Source of the DNA: Patescibacteria group bacterium
GTDB taxonomy: Bacteria > Patescibacteriota > Minisyncoccia > Portnoybacterales > UBA2143
Direction: 5' to 3'
NCBI GenBank assembly: GCA_018830295.1
Contig: JAHJSM010000002.1
Location: 115,131-179,130 of the forward strand
Length of the DNA stretch: 64,000 bases
The position numbers and the translations under genes were made by a program. How positions within the stretch are numbered: the stretch's first letter is position 1; each line of letters starts with the position of its first letter. This document shows, in pieces, positions 1 through 9,935 of the stretch. The notes under the pieces were generated by a model. It was not told the origin of the DNA and searched no databases. It worked only from the letters and a program-made list of their open reading frames with translations.

Positions 1-4
1 TTTT

Positions 5-1102
5 ATGAAAAATCGACAACCTGACTATATTTTGATTTTAATTATTTTTGTGATTGTCTTTTTTGGTTTAGTGGTTCTTTTCAACGCTTCCATGGTTTTA
101 TCTCGAGATGTTTCGGGGCAAGGTTACCATTTTCTTAATCATCAATTGCTCTATGGCGTCATTCCCGGGCTGATTTTTTTTCTTATTTTCCAATGGTTGG
201 ATTATAAACGCTGGCAAAAAGCGGCTTTTCCTCTAATGATATTTGGACTGATTTTATTGTGCTTGGTTCTTATTCCGGGATTAGGATATAGCCACGGCGG
301 AGCGAAAAGATGGGTCGGATTTGGAGGATTTTCTTTTCAGCCATTTGAATTTGTCAAATTATTCTTTATAATATACCTATCAACGCTTTTGAGTAAAAAG
401 GGGAAAAGCAAACAAGTCATTAGGGAAAGTTTCATCCCTTTTTTAGTAGTCGGCGCGGCGATTGTGACGCTTGTTCTTTTTCAGCCCAATATGAGCGCTT
501 TGGTAATTTTTTTCCTCATCGCGGGCATTATCTATTTTTTGGCCGAAGTAAAAATATCATATCTTGTGGCTTTGGCTGGGCTAGGTTTGGCGACGCTCGC
601 GGCTTTTATTAAACTAACTGGCTATAACGCGAATCGGCTTATCGTTTACTTGCATCCAGAAATAGACCCACAGGGAATTGGTTATCAGATTGATCAAGCG
701 CTTTTAGCGATTGGTTCGGGTGGATTGTTTGGATTGGGTCTTGGCCAAAGCATTCAAAAATGGAAATATTTACCAGAAGTAGTTGGCGACTCGGTTTTCG
801 CCATCGCGGCCGAAGAATTGGGGCTGATTGGAGCGGGGGTTCTGGTTCTTCTTTTTGTTTGTCTGGCCTGGCGAGGGCTTAAGGCGGCCAAAAAATCGCC
901 TGACAAATTTGGATATTTGCTGGCGGGCGGCATTGTTGGATGGATCTCCCTTCAGGCGTTTATTAACATGGCTTCAATTTCCGGGTTAATCCCTTTAATG
1001 GGCGTCCCCTTGCCCTTTGTTAGTTACGGCGGTTCGGCAATGATTGTTTCCTTGGCGAGCATGGGGATTTTAGTTAATATTTCAAAATATAAAAAAAATT
1101 AA
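5..1102 (+). CDS. ftsW: SEDS-family cell division protein FtsW
   Basis: Multi-TM protein; GAKRW, FQPFEFVK and GVPLPFVSYGGS motifs; directly upstream of murG. Confidence 0.92.
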   Translation: MKNRQPDYILILIIFVIVFFGLVVLFNASMVLSRDVSGQGYHFLNHQLLYGVIPGLIFFLIFQWLDYKRWQKAAFPLMIFGLILLCLVLIPGLGYSHGGAKRWVGFGGFSFQPFEFVKLFFIIYLSTLLSKKGKSKQVIRESFIPFLVVGAAIVTLVLFQPNMSALVIFFLIAGIIYFLAEVKISYLVALAGLGLATLAAFIKLTGYNANRLIVYLHPEIDPQGIGYQIDQALLAIGSGGLFGLGLGQSIQKWKYLPEVVGDSVFAIAAEELGLIGAGVLVLLFVCLAWRGLKAAKKSPDKFGYLLAGGIVGWISLQAFINMASISGLIPLMGVPLPFVSYGGSAMIVSLASMGILVNISKYKKN

Positions 1103-1116
1103 ACAAAGATAAAACT

Positions 1117-2259
1117 ATGCGTATTTTATTCACAGGAGGAGGGAGTGGGGGTCATATTTTTCCTCTTATCGCCGTTGCCAAAGAATTAAAAAAAATTCAC
1201 AATCAATTGTCTCAACCGATTGGACCTGGTTCGGAGACGGATTTGGATTTGTTTTTTGTCGGCGCGGGCGGTTTTGCTGAAAATCTCTCGCGAGAAGGAA
1301 TTGAGGTCAAGACGATTTTAGCTGGGAAAATGAGGCGGTATTTTTCTTGGCTTAATCTGGTTGATTTGTTGAAATTACCAGTTGGCTTTTTTCAATCGCT
1401 TTGGTTGGTTTATCAAATAATGCCCGATGTCATTTTCAGCAAAGGCGGATATGACAGCGTTCCAGTCGCTTTGGCGGGCTGGATTTACGGAATTCCGATT
1501 CTTGTTCACGAGTCGGACGCGACGCCGGGGTTAGCCAATCGTTTTGTCGCTAAACTTTCAAAAAGAGTTGGCGTTTCTTTTGTTTCAGCAGAAAGCTATT
1601 TCTCTTCCAAAAAGACGGTCTTGCTCGGTAATCCGATTCGCGCGGATGTTATTCAACTTTGTTCTTCAAAGAGTGAAGAAGATAAGGAAAACGCCAGGAA
1701 AATTCTCGGGGCCGCGGGACAGAAGCCAATGCTTTTTGTTTTTGGCGGAAGCCAGGGCGCTCAAAAAATTAATGAGCTGGTTTTAGAGGTCTTGCCCCGT
1801 CTTTTAGGAAAGTATGAAGTTATTCATCAATGCGGGAATAAAAATTATCAATGGATCAAGGGAAAATTTGGAGAAAAAGCGCCCGGCGGGTATTATCTTT
1901 TTCCTTTTTTGGACGAGAAACAATTGTCGGCCGCTTATCTTTTGTCAGACCTGATTATCGCGCGCGCCGGGGCTTCTAATATTTTTGAAATCGCGGCTTG
2001 TGGACGGCCGAGTATTTTAATTCCCATACCCAAATCGGCCGCGGACCATCAAAGAGAAAACGCTTTTGCCTACGCTAAAGCAGGCGCGGCTTCGGTCTTA
2101 GAGCAAGATAATTTAACGCCCAATCTTTTTCTAACGGAGGTTAATAAGATTTTAAGCGATGAGGAGATGTCGCGAAAAATGGTTAAAAATGCTGGAAATT
2201 TTGCCCAACCGGAAGCGGCGAATAAGATAGCGCAAGGGTTGATTGATTTGGGGAGGTAA
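1117..2259 (+). CDS. murG: MurG glycosyltransferase
   Basis: GGGSGGHIFP, HESD, GNPIR, FGGSQGA and HQRENA motifs. Confidence 0.96.
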   Translation: MRILFTGGGSGGHIFPLIAVAKELKKIHNQLSQPIGPGSETDLDLFFVGAGGFAENLSREGIEVKTILAGKMRRYFSWLNLVDLLKLPVGFFQSLWLVYQIMPDVIFSKGGYDSVPVALAGWIYGIPILVHESDATPGLANRFVAKLSKRVGVSFVSAESYFSSKKTVLLGNPIRADVIQLCSSKSEEDKENARKILGAAGQKPMLFVFGGSQGAQKINELVLEVLPRLLGKYEVIHQCGNKNYQWIKGKFGEKAPGGYYLFPFLDEKQLSAAYLLSDLIIARAGASNIFEIAACGRPSILIPIPKSAADHQRENAFAYAKAGAASVLEQDNLTPNLFLTEVNKILSDEEMSRKMVKNAGNFAQPEAANKIAQGLIDLGR

Positions 2260-2268
2260 ATAATTACT

Positions 2269-3690
2269 ATGCCACATAAACAAAAAATTAGGGTAAGAAT
2301 CGCGCCTAGTCCGACGGGGACTTTGCATCTTGGGACGGCGCGAACGGCGCTTTTTAATTATCTTTTCGCTAAAAAAAATGGCGGCGATTTTATTTTGCGG
2401 ATTGAAGATACTGATTTGGCGCGTTCGGACAGGAAATACGAAAAAGATATTTTGGAAAATTTAGAATGGCTTGGCTTAAAGTGGGATGAGGAACCTTGTC
2501 GGCAAAGCGAGCGGAAGGAAATTTATCAGAAATATATTAAAAAACTTTTTGATTCGGGCCAGGTGTTTTGGTGCGGTTGTAGCAAAGAGGAGTTAGAGGA
2601 AGAAAAGAAAGGGCAGATGGAGAGAAAAGAATCGCCACGGCATACCTGCCAGAAAAAAACAAAAGAGGGGGAGGGGATTATCAGATTTCATTGTCCAGAT
2701 AAGAAAATCTTTTTTGACGATATGATTAAGGGTCGGGTGGAGTTTGATTGCGGTTTGCTGGGAGATATCGGCATCGCGCGGGACGAGAAAACGCCCTTGT
2801 ATAATTTGGCGGTTGTGATTGATGATATTGAAATGAAGATTAGCCATGTTATCAGAGGCGAAGACCATATTTCCAATACCCCAAAACAGATGCTCCTTCT
2901 TGAAGCGTTCGGGGCTATTCCTCCGCGATACGCCCATATTCCTTTGACGATGGGACCGGACAAAGCCAAGTTGAGCAAGAGGCATGGCGCGACCGCAATT
3001 GAGGATTACAAAAAAATGGGATATTTGCCGAAAGCGCTCACGAATTTTATGGCTTTTCTTGGCTGGCATCCGGGAAGCGAAAAAGAGATTTTTTCTTTAG
3101 AAGAATTGGCGCGAGAATTTTCAATGGAGAAAATGAACAAATCAAACGCCATTTTTGATATTGAAAAATTGAATTGGTTCAACGGGCAATATATCCGCCA
3201 AATGGATTTGGATGAGTTGACTAAAAAATGCTTGCCGTATTTAAAAGAAGCGGGGTTAATTCGGGGGCTGCCCCCGTTGCGGGGGCAGCCCCCATCGTAT
3301 CTTAAAAAGGTGATTGCTTTGGAGCGCGAGCGGCTGAAGAAGTTATCGGAGATAGGGGAGTTGACGGAATTTTTCTTTTTGGACAAATTAGATTACGCGC
3401 CAGAATTGCTGATTTGGAAGAAATTGTCTTTAAAAGAGGTGAAAAATAATTTAGAAATTTTGGAAAAAGTTCTTTCAAAAACAGACAAATTTGACCAAAA
3501 ATCGCTCCAGGATACAATCACTCCCTTAACCGAAAAATACGGCGTAGGCGACCTCCTGTGGCCTCTGCGGGTGGCGATTACGGGCAGAAAAGCATCCCCA
3601 GGGCCTTATGAAGTAATGGAGGTTTTGGGGAAGGAGAGGGTGTTGGAAAGGATAAAAGAGGCGATTGAGAAGATAAAAGAATATGTCTAA
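2269..3690 (+). CDS. gltX: Glutamate--tRNA ligase
   Basis: APSPTGTLHLG (HIGH-like), RIEDTD, IRGEDH and KLSKR motifs. Confidence 0.96.
   Translation: MPHKQKIRVRIAPSPTGTLHLGTARTALFNYLFAKKNGGDFILRIEDTDLARSDRKYEKDILENLEWLGLKWDEEPCRQSERKEIYQKYIKKLFDSGQVFWCGCSKEELEEEKKGQMERKESPRHTCQKKTKEGEGIIRFHCPDKKIFFDDMIKGRVEFDCGLLGDIGIARDEKTPLYNLAVVIDDIEMKISHVIRGEDHISNTPKQMLLLEAFGAIPPRYAHIPLTMGPDKAKLSKRHGATAIEDYKKMGYLPKALTNFMAFLGWHPGSEKEIFSLEELAREFSMEKMNKSNAIFDIEKLNWFNGQYIRQMDLDELTKKCLPYLKEAGLIRGLPPLRGQPPSYLKKVIALERERLKKLSEIGELTEFFFLDKLDYAPELLIWKKLSLKEVKNNLEILEKVLSKTDKFDQKSLQDTITPLTEKYGVGDLLWPLRVAITGRKASPGPYEVMEVLGKERVLERIKEAIEKIKEYV
3263..3293. repeat. GC-rich palindromic (REP-like) element in frame inside gltX
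   Basis: GGGGGCTGCCCCCG-TTG-CGGGGGCAGCCCCC; same arms with inverted loop at 63238-63268. Confidence 0.85.
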
Positions 3691-4993
3691 AAACTCTTCG
3701 TTAAACTCGTTTTGTCAATATGCTTGGCTGGTTTTGCTTTTGGCTTTTTTTGTTTTCCCTTTGGCGGGGCGGGGGAGCGTGGTAGATGAGTTGAATCGAC
3801 AGATTTTGGAGCAGGAGAATAAGAGGGCGGAATTAGAAAAGAAGGCGGCAGAGTATCAGGCGGCGATTAACCAGAAGCAAGGGGAAATTAATAGTTTAAA
3901 AAATCAAATATATATTTTTAACGCGCGGATAGGGAAATTGGAAACAGAAATGGAAATAACAGAGGACGATATCAGCCAAACGGAACTGGAAATTTTGCGG
4001 CTAGAATACGGGATTGAGCAGACGACGGGGGATATCGCTTCACAGAAGGACAATATTGGGAAAATTATCCAATCAATTGCCGAACAGGATCAGGTGAGTC
4101 AGATGGAAATGATTTTGCAAAGCGATGATTTTTCCGATTTTTACAGCCAGATTGTTTATCTTGAAAATCTACAAAGCGGCGTTCAGGAAAAAGTTGACCG
4201 TCTTAAATTACTGAAATATAATTTAAATAGAGACAAAGAAGATAAAGAAGAAAAAAAAGAGCGGCTGGAAGGGCTTAAAAAGCAATTAACCGACCAAAAA
4301 TGGTCTTTAAGCAGCCAAAAGAAAAGTAGGGAAGCGCTTTTAACAAGCACGCGCGGCGAAGAAAGCAAATATCAGCAACTGCTTGCTAATATTGAAGCGC
4401 AAAAGAAATCATTGTTGGGCGACATTAATCTTTTGCGTCAGAAGAAGGCGGAAGAACTGGCGCGTCTGAAGGAACTGCAAGAAAAGCCACCCGCGCAATA
4501 TTGGGCCTCGTTGAATTGGTATTACAAACAAGATGACGCGAGATGGACGAATACAACGATCGGGATTAGCAATTCCACATTAGGTGATTATGGCTGCGCT
4601 ATTACTTCAGTCGCGATGGTTATGACCGAAAATGGCTCCGCTATTACGCCGAAACAATTAGCCAAAGAGTCAATTTTTGCTTGGGATTTAATTTATTGGC
4701 CTCAAAAGTGGGGGAGTATTACTTGCGTTAATTGTCCGCCGCCCCATACGAGTTCTTTTGATTGGTTTCGTTTAGACCGAGAATTGGGCGCCGGCAATCC
4801 TGTCATTATTTTTGTCAGGGCTGTCGACAGGCATGCGGGACACTATGTTGTTGTTCACCATAAAACAAATGATGGGCGATATGTTGTTCATGACCCGCTC
4901 TTTGGCGCTAATATTTATTTGGACTCAACAAGGGTCTATCTATCTGTTTTATATGGCGTAACAACCATTAGTCAGATGGTGATATATCATTAA
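3683..4993 (+). CDS. Secreted coiled-coil protein with C-terminal C39-like cysteine peptidase domain
   Basis: Signal-like N-terminus, long coiled coil, YKQDD..GCAITSVAM and GHYVV..VHDP motifs. Confidence 0.8.
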   Translation: MSKNSSLNSFCQYAWLVLLLAFFVFPLAGRGSVVDELNRQILEQENKRAELEKKAAEYQAAINQKQGEINSLKNQIYIFNARIGKLETEMEITEDDISQTELEILRLEYGIEQTTGDIASQKDNIGKIIQSIAEQDQVSQMEMILQSDDFSDFYSQIVYLENLQSGVQEKVDRLKLLKYNLNRDKEDKEEKKERLEGLKKQLTDQKWSLSSQKKSREALLTSTRGEESKYQQLLANIEAQKKSLLGDINLLRQKKAEELARLKELQEKPPAQYWASLNWYYKQDDARWTNTTIGISNSTLGDYGCAITSVAMVMTENGSAITPKQLAKESIFAWDLIYWPQKWGSITCVNCPPPHTSSFDWFRLDRELGAGNPVIIFVRAVDRHAGHYVVVHHKTNDGRYVVHDPLFGANIYLDSTRVYLSVLYGVTTISQMVIYH

Positions 4994-5008
4994 TTAAAAT
5001 TCAAAATT

Positions 5009-5404
5009 ATGCGTTATTTTATTATTATTCTATTTATATTCATCTTTTCCTTTGGAACCGCTTCGGCGGGGGACAAGGAACTGTCGGGTTGGGCTGATTC
5101 AAATTACCAAAAAATAAGTAATTACGCGAAACATATTTTTGATTTTGTGAAACAGAAAACGGATAGCATTCCGCGCGAGATAGACACTAAAGCAGAGGAG
5201 GTTTTGGAAGACGCGCAAGAAAAAATAACTAAAAAGGCGGAGCAAGCGACAGAAGAGATAAAGGAAAAAATAAAAGAAAGAATTAAAAGCAAAATTATAA
5301 ACACCTTTAATCCCCTGAAAACTAAAATTCAGCAGGGGAGCGCTCTTATTAGAGAGCAAGTCGGCCAAGCAAAAGATTATTTATTTAATTGGCTTGAGAA
5401 ATAA
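5009..5404 (+). CDS. Hypothetical secreted helical protein
   Basis: Signal-peptide-like N-terminus; co-oriented with the operon. Confidence 0.6.
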   Translation: MRYFIIILFIFIFSFGTASAGDKELSGWADSNYQKISNYAKHIFDFVKQKTDSIPREIDTKAEEVLEDAQEKITKKAEQATEEIKEKIKERIKSKIINTFNPLKTKIQQGSALIREQVGQAKDYLFNWLEK

Positions 5405-5462
5405 AAATATATTCGGTCTAAAAGTAATAGTAGGGGTAGGGGAGGTTATCCACAAAACGAAT

Positions 5463-5491
5463 TTGACGGCTTTAGAACTGTATATTATAAT
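5463..5491 (+). promoter_or_regulatory. Sigma70 promoter of xer
   Basis: TTGACG-17 bp-TATAAT. Confidence 0.75.
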
Positions 5492-5498
5492 AGATATA

Positions 5499-5526
5499 TG
5501 TATGGATAATATATCTTAACCATACA
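5499..5526. other. Candidate dif-like Xer site or xer operator
   Basis: TGTATGGATAA-TATATC-TTAACCATACA: 11-6-11 layout, arms 10/11 complementary, just upstream of xer. Confidence 0.65.
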
Positions 5527-5542
5527 TTAACATATTATAAAT

Positions 5543-6487
5543 ATGCAAGAAAGTGAAAAACCCATTCCTGACCACTTAACGGACTTTTTGGATTGGTTGG
5601 ACATTGAAAGAGGTCTATCTAATAAATCCCAAGAAAATTATTCCAAGTTTTTAAAAAAGTTTTTGGTTTGGTTAAAAGAAAACAAATTAGACGACTTAAA
5701 ACCTCACCAGATCTCCCCCGCTCATATTTGGGATTATAAAGTATATTTGTCGCGTCAGTCAAAAACGCCCCTTAAAAAATCAACCCAAAATTATTATCTA
5801 ATCGCTTTAAGGTCTTTTTTAAATTTTTTCGCTGACCGCGATATAATTACTCTGCCTGCTGAAAAAATTAAATTAGGGAAAAATAAAGGTGAAAAAACAG
5901 TTCATTTTTTAAATTTGGAACAGATAAAAAAACTACTCGCGGCGCCTAATACATCAAAACGCGCTGGATTGCGCGACCGAGCAATCCTTGAATCATTGTT
6001 TTCAACTGGTTTAAGAATAGCTGAATTGGTCTCGCTTAACAAAGAGCAAATTAGATTAAAAGCAATAACAAAGGATTTAGAAGTTGGTATTATCGGCAAA
6101 GGTAATTATCCGAGAACAGTTTATTTTTCCGAAAGATCAGTTAAGTGGTTAAAAAAATATCTTAAAACAAGGCAAGACAAAGAAAAGGCGCTATTTATTA
6201 ACTATCAAGGAAGAAAAGACGCTTCAAGGCGTCTTACTGCTTGCTATATAGAAAGAATCTTAAAAAGATACGCGTTATTGGCGGGATTGCCTGTTAATAC
6301 GACTCCACACACAATAAGACATTCTTTTGCCACAGACTTGTTAAGCAAAGGCGCTGATTTGCGACTGATTCAGGAATTCTTGGGGCATCGCAATATCGCC
6401 ACTACTCAAATTTATACTCATGTGACGAATAAGCGGCTGCGCGATGTTCACCGTCAATTTCACAGCGGCGGCGGGTTAGATGAATAA
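5543..6487 (+). CDS. XerC/XerD-family tyrosine recombinase
   Basis: STGLRIAEL, TPHTIRHSFAT and LGHRNIATTQIYTHV catalytic motifs. Confidence 0.93.
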   Translation: MQESEKPIPDHLTDFLDWLDIERGLSNKSQENYSKFLKKFLVWLKENKLDDLKPHQISPAHIWDYKVYLSRQSKTPLKKSTQNYYLIALRSFLNFFADRDIITLPAEKIKLGKNKGEKTVHFLNLEQIKKLLAAPNTSKRAGLRDRAILESLFSTGLRIAELVSLNKEQIRLKAITKDLEVGIIGKGNYPRTVYFSERSVKWLKKYLKTRQDKEKALFINYQGRKDASRRLTACYIERILKRYALLAGLPVNTTPHTIRHSFATDLLSKGADLRLIQEFLGHRNIATTQIYTHVTNKRLRDVHRQFHSGGGLDE

Positions 6488-6498
6488 TAAAAAACAAT

Positions 6499-7635
6499 AT
6501 GCGCATTTCCTACTCTGGGCTGGAAACATTTTCGTTGTGTCCGGCTAAATACAAATTTCAATATATTGAGAGAATTAGAACTCCTAAATCAAAGGACGCG
6601 TTTTTTGGCACCTTGATTCACGAATGTTTGAATGTGTTTCACAATCCCAGCCAGCCCACTCCCCCGCTTGAGGAAGATATTTTAAAATACTTTACGGAAA
6701 AATGGGATAGCGAAATTTACCAGGACGAACAAGAAGAGGCATTCGCGTTTCATCAAGGTGTTGAAATTTTAAAAAATTATTGCTCTCAAAATAGAAAAAC
6801 CGACTCCATTATCGTCAGTTTAGAAACGCTTTTCGCGGCGCCTCTTTTGGATGGCGAAGAAACACACTATATCACAGGACGAATTGACCGCGTTGATAAA
6901 TTGGCCGATGGCTCGTTTGAGGTGATTGATTACAAGACGACAAAAAAAATGCCATCCCAAGAATATGTAGACGGCAATCTTCAACTTTCAGTTTATCATC
7001 TCGGAGTCATTAGCCGCTGGCCTTCTTTTCAAAAAGAGAATCAGCCGATTAAATTATCGCTTCATTTTTTGAGGCATAATGAAAAACTTTCAACGCAAAG
7101 AAGCGATAAACAAGTTGGCGAGAGCAAAGAAAAAATTCTTTCTTTAATCAGTCAAATCAGAGAAAGCGCCTTTGAGCCGATCTCAAATCCTCTTTGCGAT
7201 TGGTGCGCTTTTCAACGATACTGTCCGCTCTTTAGGCATAAATTCATTAAAGAAGAGGAGACGATAGATAACGCGAAAATTAAAGAAGTGATCGCCGAAT
7301 ATTTTGACATTAAATTCAAACAAAACCAAAGTAATAGAAGATTGGGCGAACTTAAATTGGCGATTAACCAATACTGCGACGCTAATAAAATAGACCGCGT
7401 TTTTGGCGAGGACGGGCAAATTACCCGCTCAACGCAAAAAAGATTTAGTTATAGTTTTAGCAAAGTCCGAGAAATTCTTGAACCAATGAAAAAATGGAAC
7501 GAGATTTTAACAATTGACATGCCCAAATTCAGAAAATTAATTGAGACCCTCCCCTACCATTTGAAAAAAGAAATAGACCAAACAAAAACATTAGAAAGAG
7601 AATTTAAGGTGATTTCAGCGGTGAAGAAAAAATAA
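6499..7635 (+). CDS. PD-(D/E)XK RecB-like nuclease
   Basis: SYS..CP, GRIDRVD, IDYKT, LQLSVY and CDWC..CP motifs. Confidence 0.85.
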   Translation: MRISYSGLETFSLCPAKYKFQYIERIRTPKSKDAFFGTLIHECLNVFHNPSQPTPPLEEDILKYFTEKWDSEIYQDEQEEAFAFHQGVEILKNYCSQNRKTDSIIVSLETLFAAPLLDGEETHYITGRIDRVDKLADGSFEVIDYKTTKKMPSQEYVDGNLQLSVYHLGVISRWPSFQKENQPIKLSLHFLRHNEKLSTQRSDKQVGESKEKILSLISQIRESAFEPISNPLCDWCAFQRYCPLFRHKFIKEEETIDNAKIKEVIAEYFDIKFKQNQSNRRLGELKLAINQYCDANKIDRVFGEDGQITRSTQKRFSYSFSKVREILEPMKKWNEILTIDMPKFRKLIETLPYHLKKEIDQTKTLEREFKVISAVKKK

Positions 7636-7636
7636 A

Positions 7637-8017
7637 TTATTGGTTTGGTTTGTATTTCTCAAAATTGCCACAGGGTTTGTAGCCGGCTGCTTGGGCTTCT
7701 TTTTCGGATGAGAACCAGATTTGGTTTTCAGGGGATATTTTTTGGGCGTGCGGGCAATTGGGCCAATGGTATTTATCGCTGTTGACGCTTCCTATAATTT
7801 TTCCTTCAGCCATTTCTCGCGGTTCTGTTGTTTCGTTTACGGATTGCTGAATGGAGGCCGTTAAAGATGGCGTTTCAATCACAATTGGCTTGTCTTCAAC
7901 TGACGAAACGGACAATCGGCCAAATCCAAAACTAATTAAGGCGGTTAGGACAATTCCCGTGGTTAAGATAATTTCGGGCTCAAGTTTCTTGACGAATTTT
8001 TTAATTTGAGATAACAT
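7637..8017 (-). CDS. Membrane-anchored protein with Ada-type metal-binding domain
   Basis: N-terminal TM; SDKYHWPNC..F.SE.EA..AGYKPC. Confidence 0.75.
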   Translation of the reverse strand: MLSQIKKFVKKLEPEIILTTGIVLTALISFGFGRLSVSSVEDKPIVIETPSLTASIQQSVNETTEPREMAEGKIIGSVNSDKYHWPNCPHAQKISPENQIWFSSEKEAQAAGYKPCGNFEKYKPNQ

Positions 8018-8023
8018 AGGGGT

Positions 8024-8296
8024 ATGTCTAAAACAAAAGCGGCGGGGTCTACAAAGTTAGGCCGCGATTCGCAACCACAATATTTAGGAGTTAAATTATC
8101 TGGTGGCCAAAAAGCCAAGCCGGGCAGTATTATTATCCGTCAAAGAGGAACTAAATTTGTTCCCGGCAAGAATGTTCGTCTTGGGAGAGATGATACTATT
8201 TATTCCCTCGCGAAAGGAATTGTTGAGTTTGCCACTAAAAAAATAAAAAGATTTGACGGTTCTCGGAGAGTCGCTAAAGTAGTTAGCGTGAAATAA
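8024..8296 (+). CDS. rpmA: 50S ribosomal protein L27
   Basis: GRDSQPQYLGVK and IIRQRGTKF motifs. Confidence 0.97.
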   Translation: MSKTKAAGSTKLGRDSQPQYLGVKLSGGQKAKPGSIIIRQRGTKFVPGKNVRLGRDDTIYSLAKGIVEFATKKIKRFDGSRRVAKVVSVK

Positions 8297-9911
8297 GACC
8301 TGCCTTAATAAACTCCAGAAACAATGGATGAGGGCTTAATGGGCGGGATTTGAATTCAGGATGGAATTGAGTCGCCACGAAAAACGGGTGATTTTTTAAT
8401 TCAATAATTTCAACTAAATTTTTCTCCGGATTAACCCCGGCGATAATTAATCCTTTCTTTTCTAAAAGAGCCCTAAAATCATTATTAAACTCATAGCGGT
8501 GGCGATGCCTTTCGAAAATTTCCTTGCGTTTATACGCTTGCCGAGATCGCGTTCCCTTCGCCAATTCGCATTTGTAAGCGCCTAACCGCATTGAGCCTCC
8601 GTAATTCTTTTCCTTTATTTTAACTTTCTGCTCCGGCATAATATCAATCACTGGATACTTGGTTTTAGGATTGATTTCTATCGTGTTGGCGTCTTTTAAT
8701 CCGCAAACATTTCTGGCGAATTCAACGACGGCCAATTGCATGCCATAGCAGAGGCCTAAATAAGGAATTTTATTTTTTCGGCAAAACTCAATTGTTTTAA
8801 TTTTTCCCTCGGTTCCCCTATCGCCATATCCGCCCGGAACAATCACGCCGTCAAGATTTTTTAATTCCTTAATTTTTTGCGGCGATTTTTCGTATTCTTC
8901 CGAATTAAGCCAATGGATTTTCACTCCTCTTTTATGATGCCAAGCGCTATGCTTGACCGCTTCAATGACCGAAATATATGAATCGGATAAAACAAAATTT
9001 CCTGTACTAAAATATTTTCCGACGATGCCAATATTAACTCTTTTTTTAGAACTTTTAATTGTCTTAACTAAATTTTGCCAGTCCTCTAAATTTTTCTTTT
9101 TGGCTCTTAATTTGAATTTTTTTAAAATTCTTTGTCCTAATTTTTCTTTTTGAAAATTTAATGGAACTTCATAAATGTTTTGAATATCAGGCGCGGAAAT
9201 AACATCTTCTTTTTGAACATTGCAAAAGATGGAAATTTTCTTTTTTCTCGGTTCGTCTAATGGATATTCAGAGCGAGCAATAATAAAGTCCGGCTGGATG
9301 CCGACAGAATTGATGGCTTTAACGGCCGATTGAGTCGGCTTTGTTTTCATTTCGCCGATTTTTTTCGGCACGGGCAGATAACTCACCAAAACAAAAAGAA
9401 CATCCTTAGGATGTTTTAAATGCAGCATTCGCGCCGCTTCCAAAAATAAAATATTTTGATACTCCCCCACTGTGCCGCCCACTTCTATTAGAACAAAATC
9501 CGCGCTGTCTTTTTTGGCGACTTTTTTAATTCTGCGAATAACTTCTTCTGGAATATGAGGGACGACCTCCACGCATTTTCCGTGATAACCGAGGTTTCTT
9601 TCTTTTTGGATGACGGTTTGGTAGACCCGCCCAGTAGTCATGTAATTGTCGCTGTGCAAGTCCTGGTTTAAAAACCTTTCATAGTTTCCGAGATCTTGAT
9701 CGGACTCTAACCCGTCGTCTGTGACAAAAACCTCGCCATGTTCAATCGGGTTCATTGTTCCCGCGTCAACATTGATATAAGGGTCAATCTTTATCGCCGA
9801 GACCTTATATCCCTTGCTCTGAAGAATCTTTCCGATAGAAGCGGTCGCGATTCCTTTGCCAACTCCAGACATCACTCCCCCAATCACAAAAATATATCTT
9901 GTCTTTAGCAT
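8283..9911 (-). CDS. pyrG: CTP synthase
   Basis: GGVMSGVGKG, KTKPTQ, GLCYGMQ, ERHRHRYE and QFHPEF motifs. Confidence 0.97.
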   Translation of the reverse strand: MLKTRYIFVIGGVMSGVGKGIATASIGKILQSKGYKVSAIKIDPYINVDAGTMNPIEHGEVFVTDDGLESDQDLGNYERFLNQDLHSDNYMTTGRVYQTVIQKERNLGYHGKCVEVVPHIPEEVIRRIKKVAKKDSADFVLIEVGGTVGEYQNILFLEAARMLHLKHPKDVLFVLVSYLPVPKKIGEMKTKPTQSAVKAINSVGIQPDFIIARSEYPLDEPRKKKISIFCNVQKEDVISAPDIQNIYEVPLNFQKEKLGQRILKKFKLRAKKKNLEDWQNLVKTIKSSKKRVNIGIVGKYFSTGNFVLSDSYISVIEAVKHSAWHHKRGVKIHWLNSEEYEKSPQKIKELKNLDGVIVPGGYGDRGTEGKIKTIEFCRKNKIPYLGLCYGMQLAVVEFARNVCGLKDANTIEINPKTKYPVIDIMPEQKVKIKEKNYGGSMRLGAYKCELAKGTRSRQAYKRKEIFERHRHRYEFNNDFRALLEKKGLIIAGVNPEKNLVEIIELKNHPFFVATQFHPEFKSRPLSPHPLFLEFIKAGLISR

Positions 9912-9935
9912 AAGATTCTTCGGCGCGGACAGGCG

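Noticed and set aside
5446-5454. DnaA box TTATCCACA (also at 31875) as an origin
   Set aside because: Single boxes, no dnaA nearby, and convergent gene orientation points to a terminus
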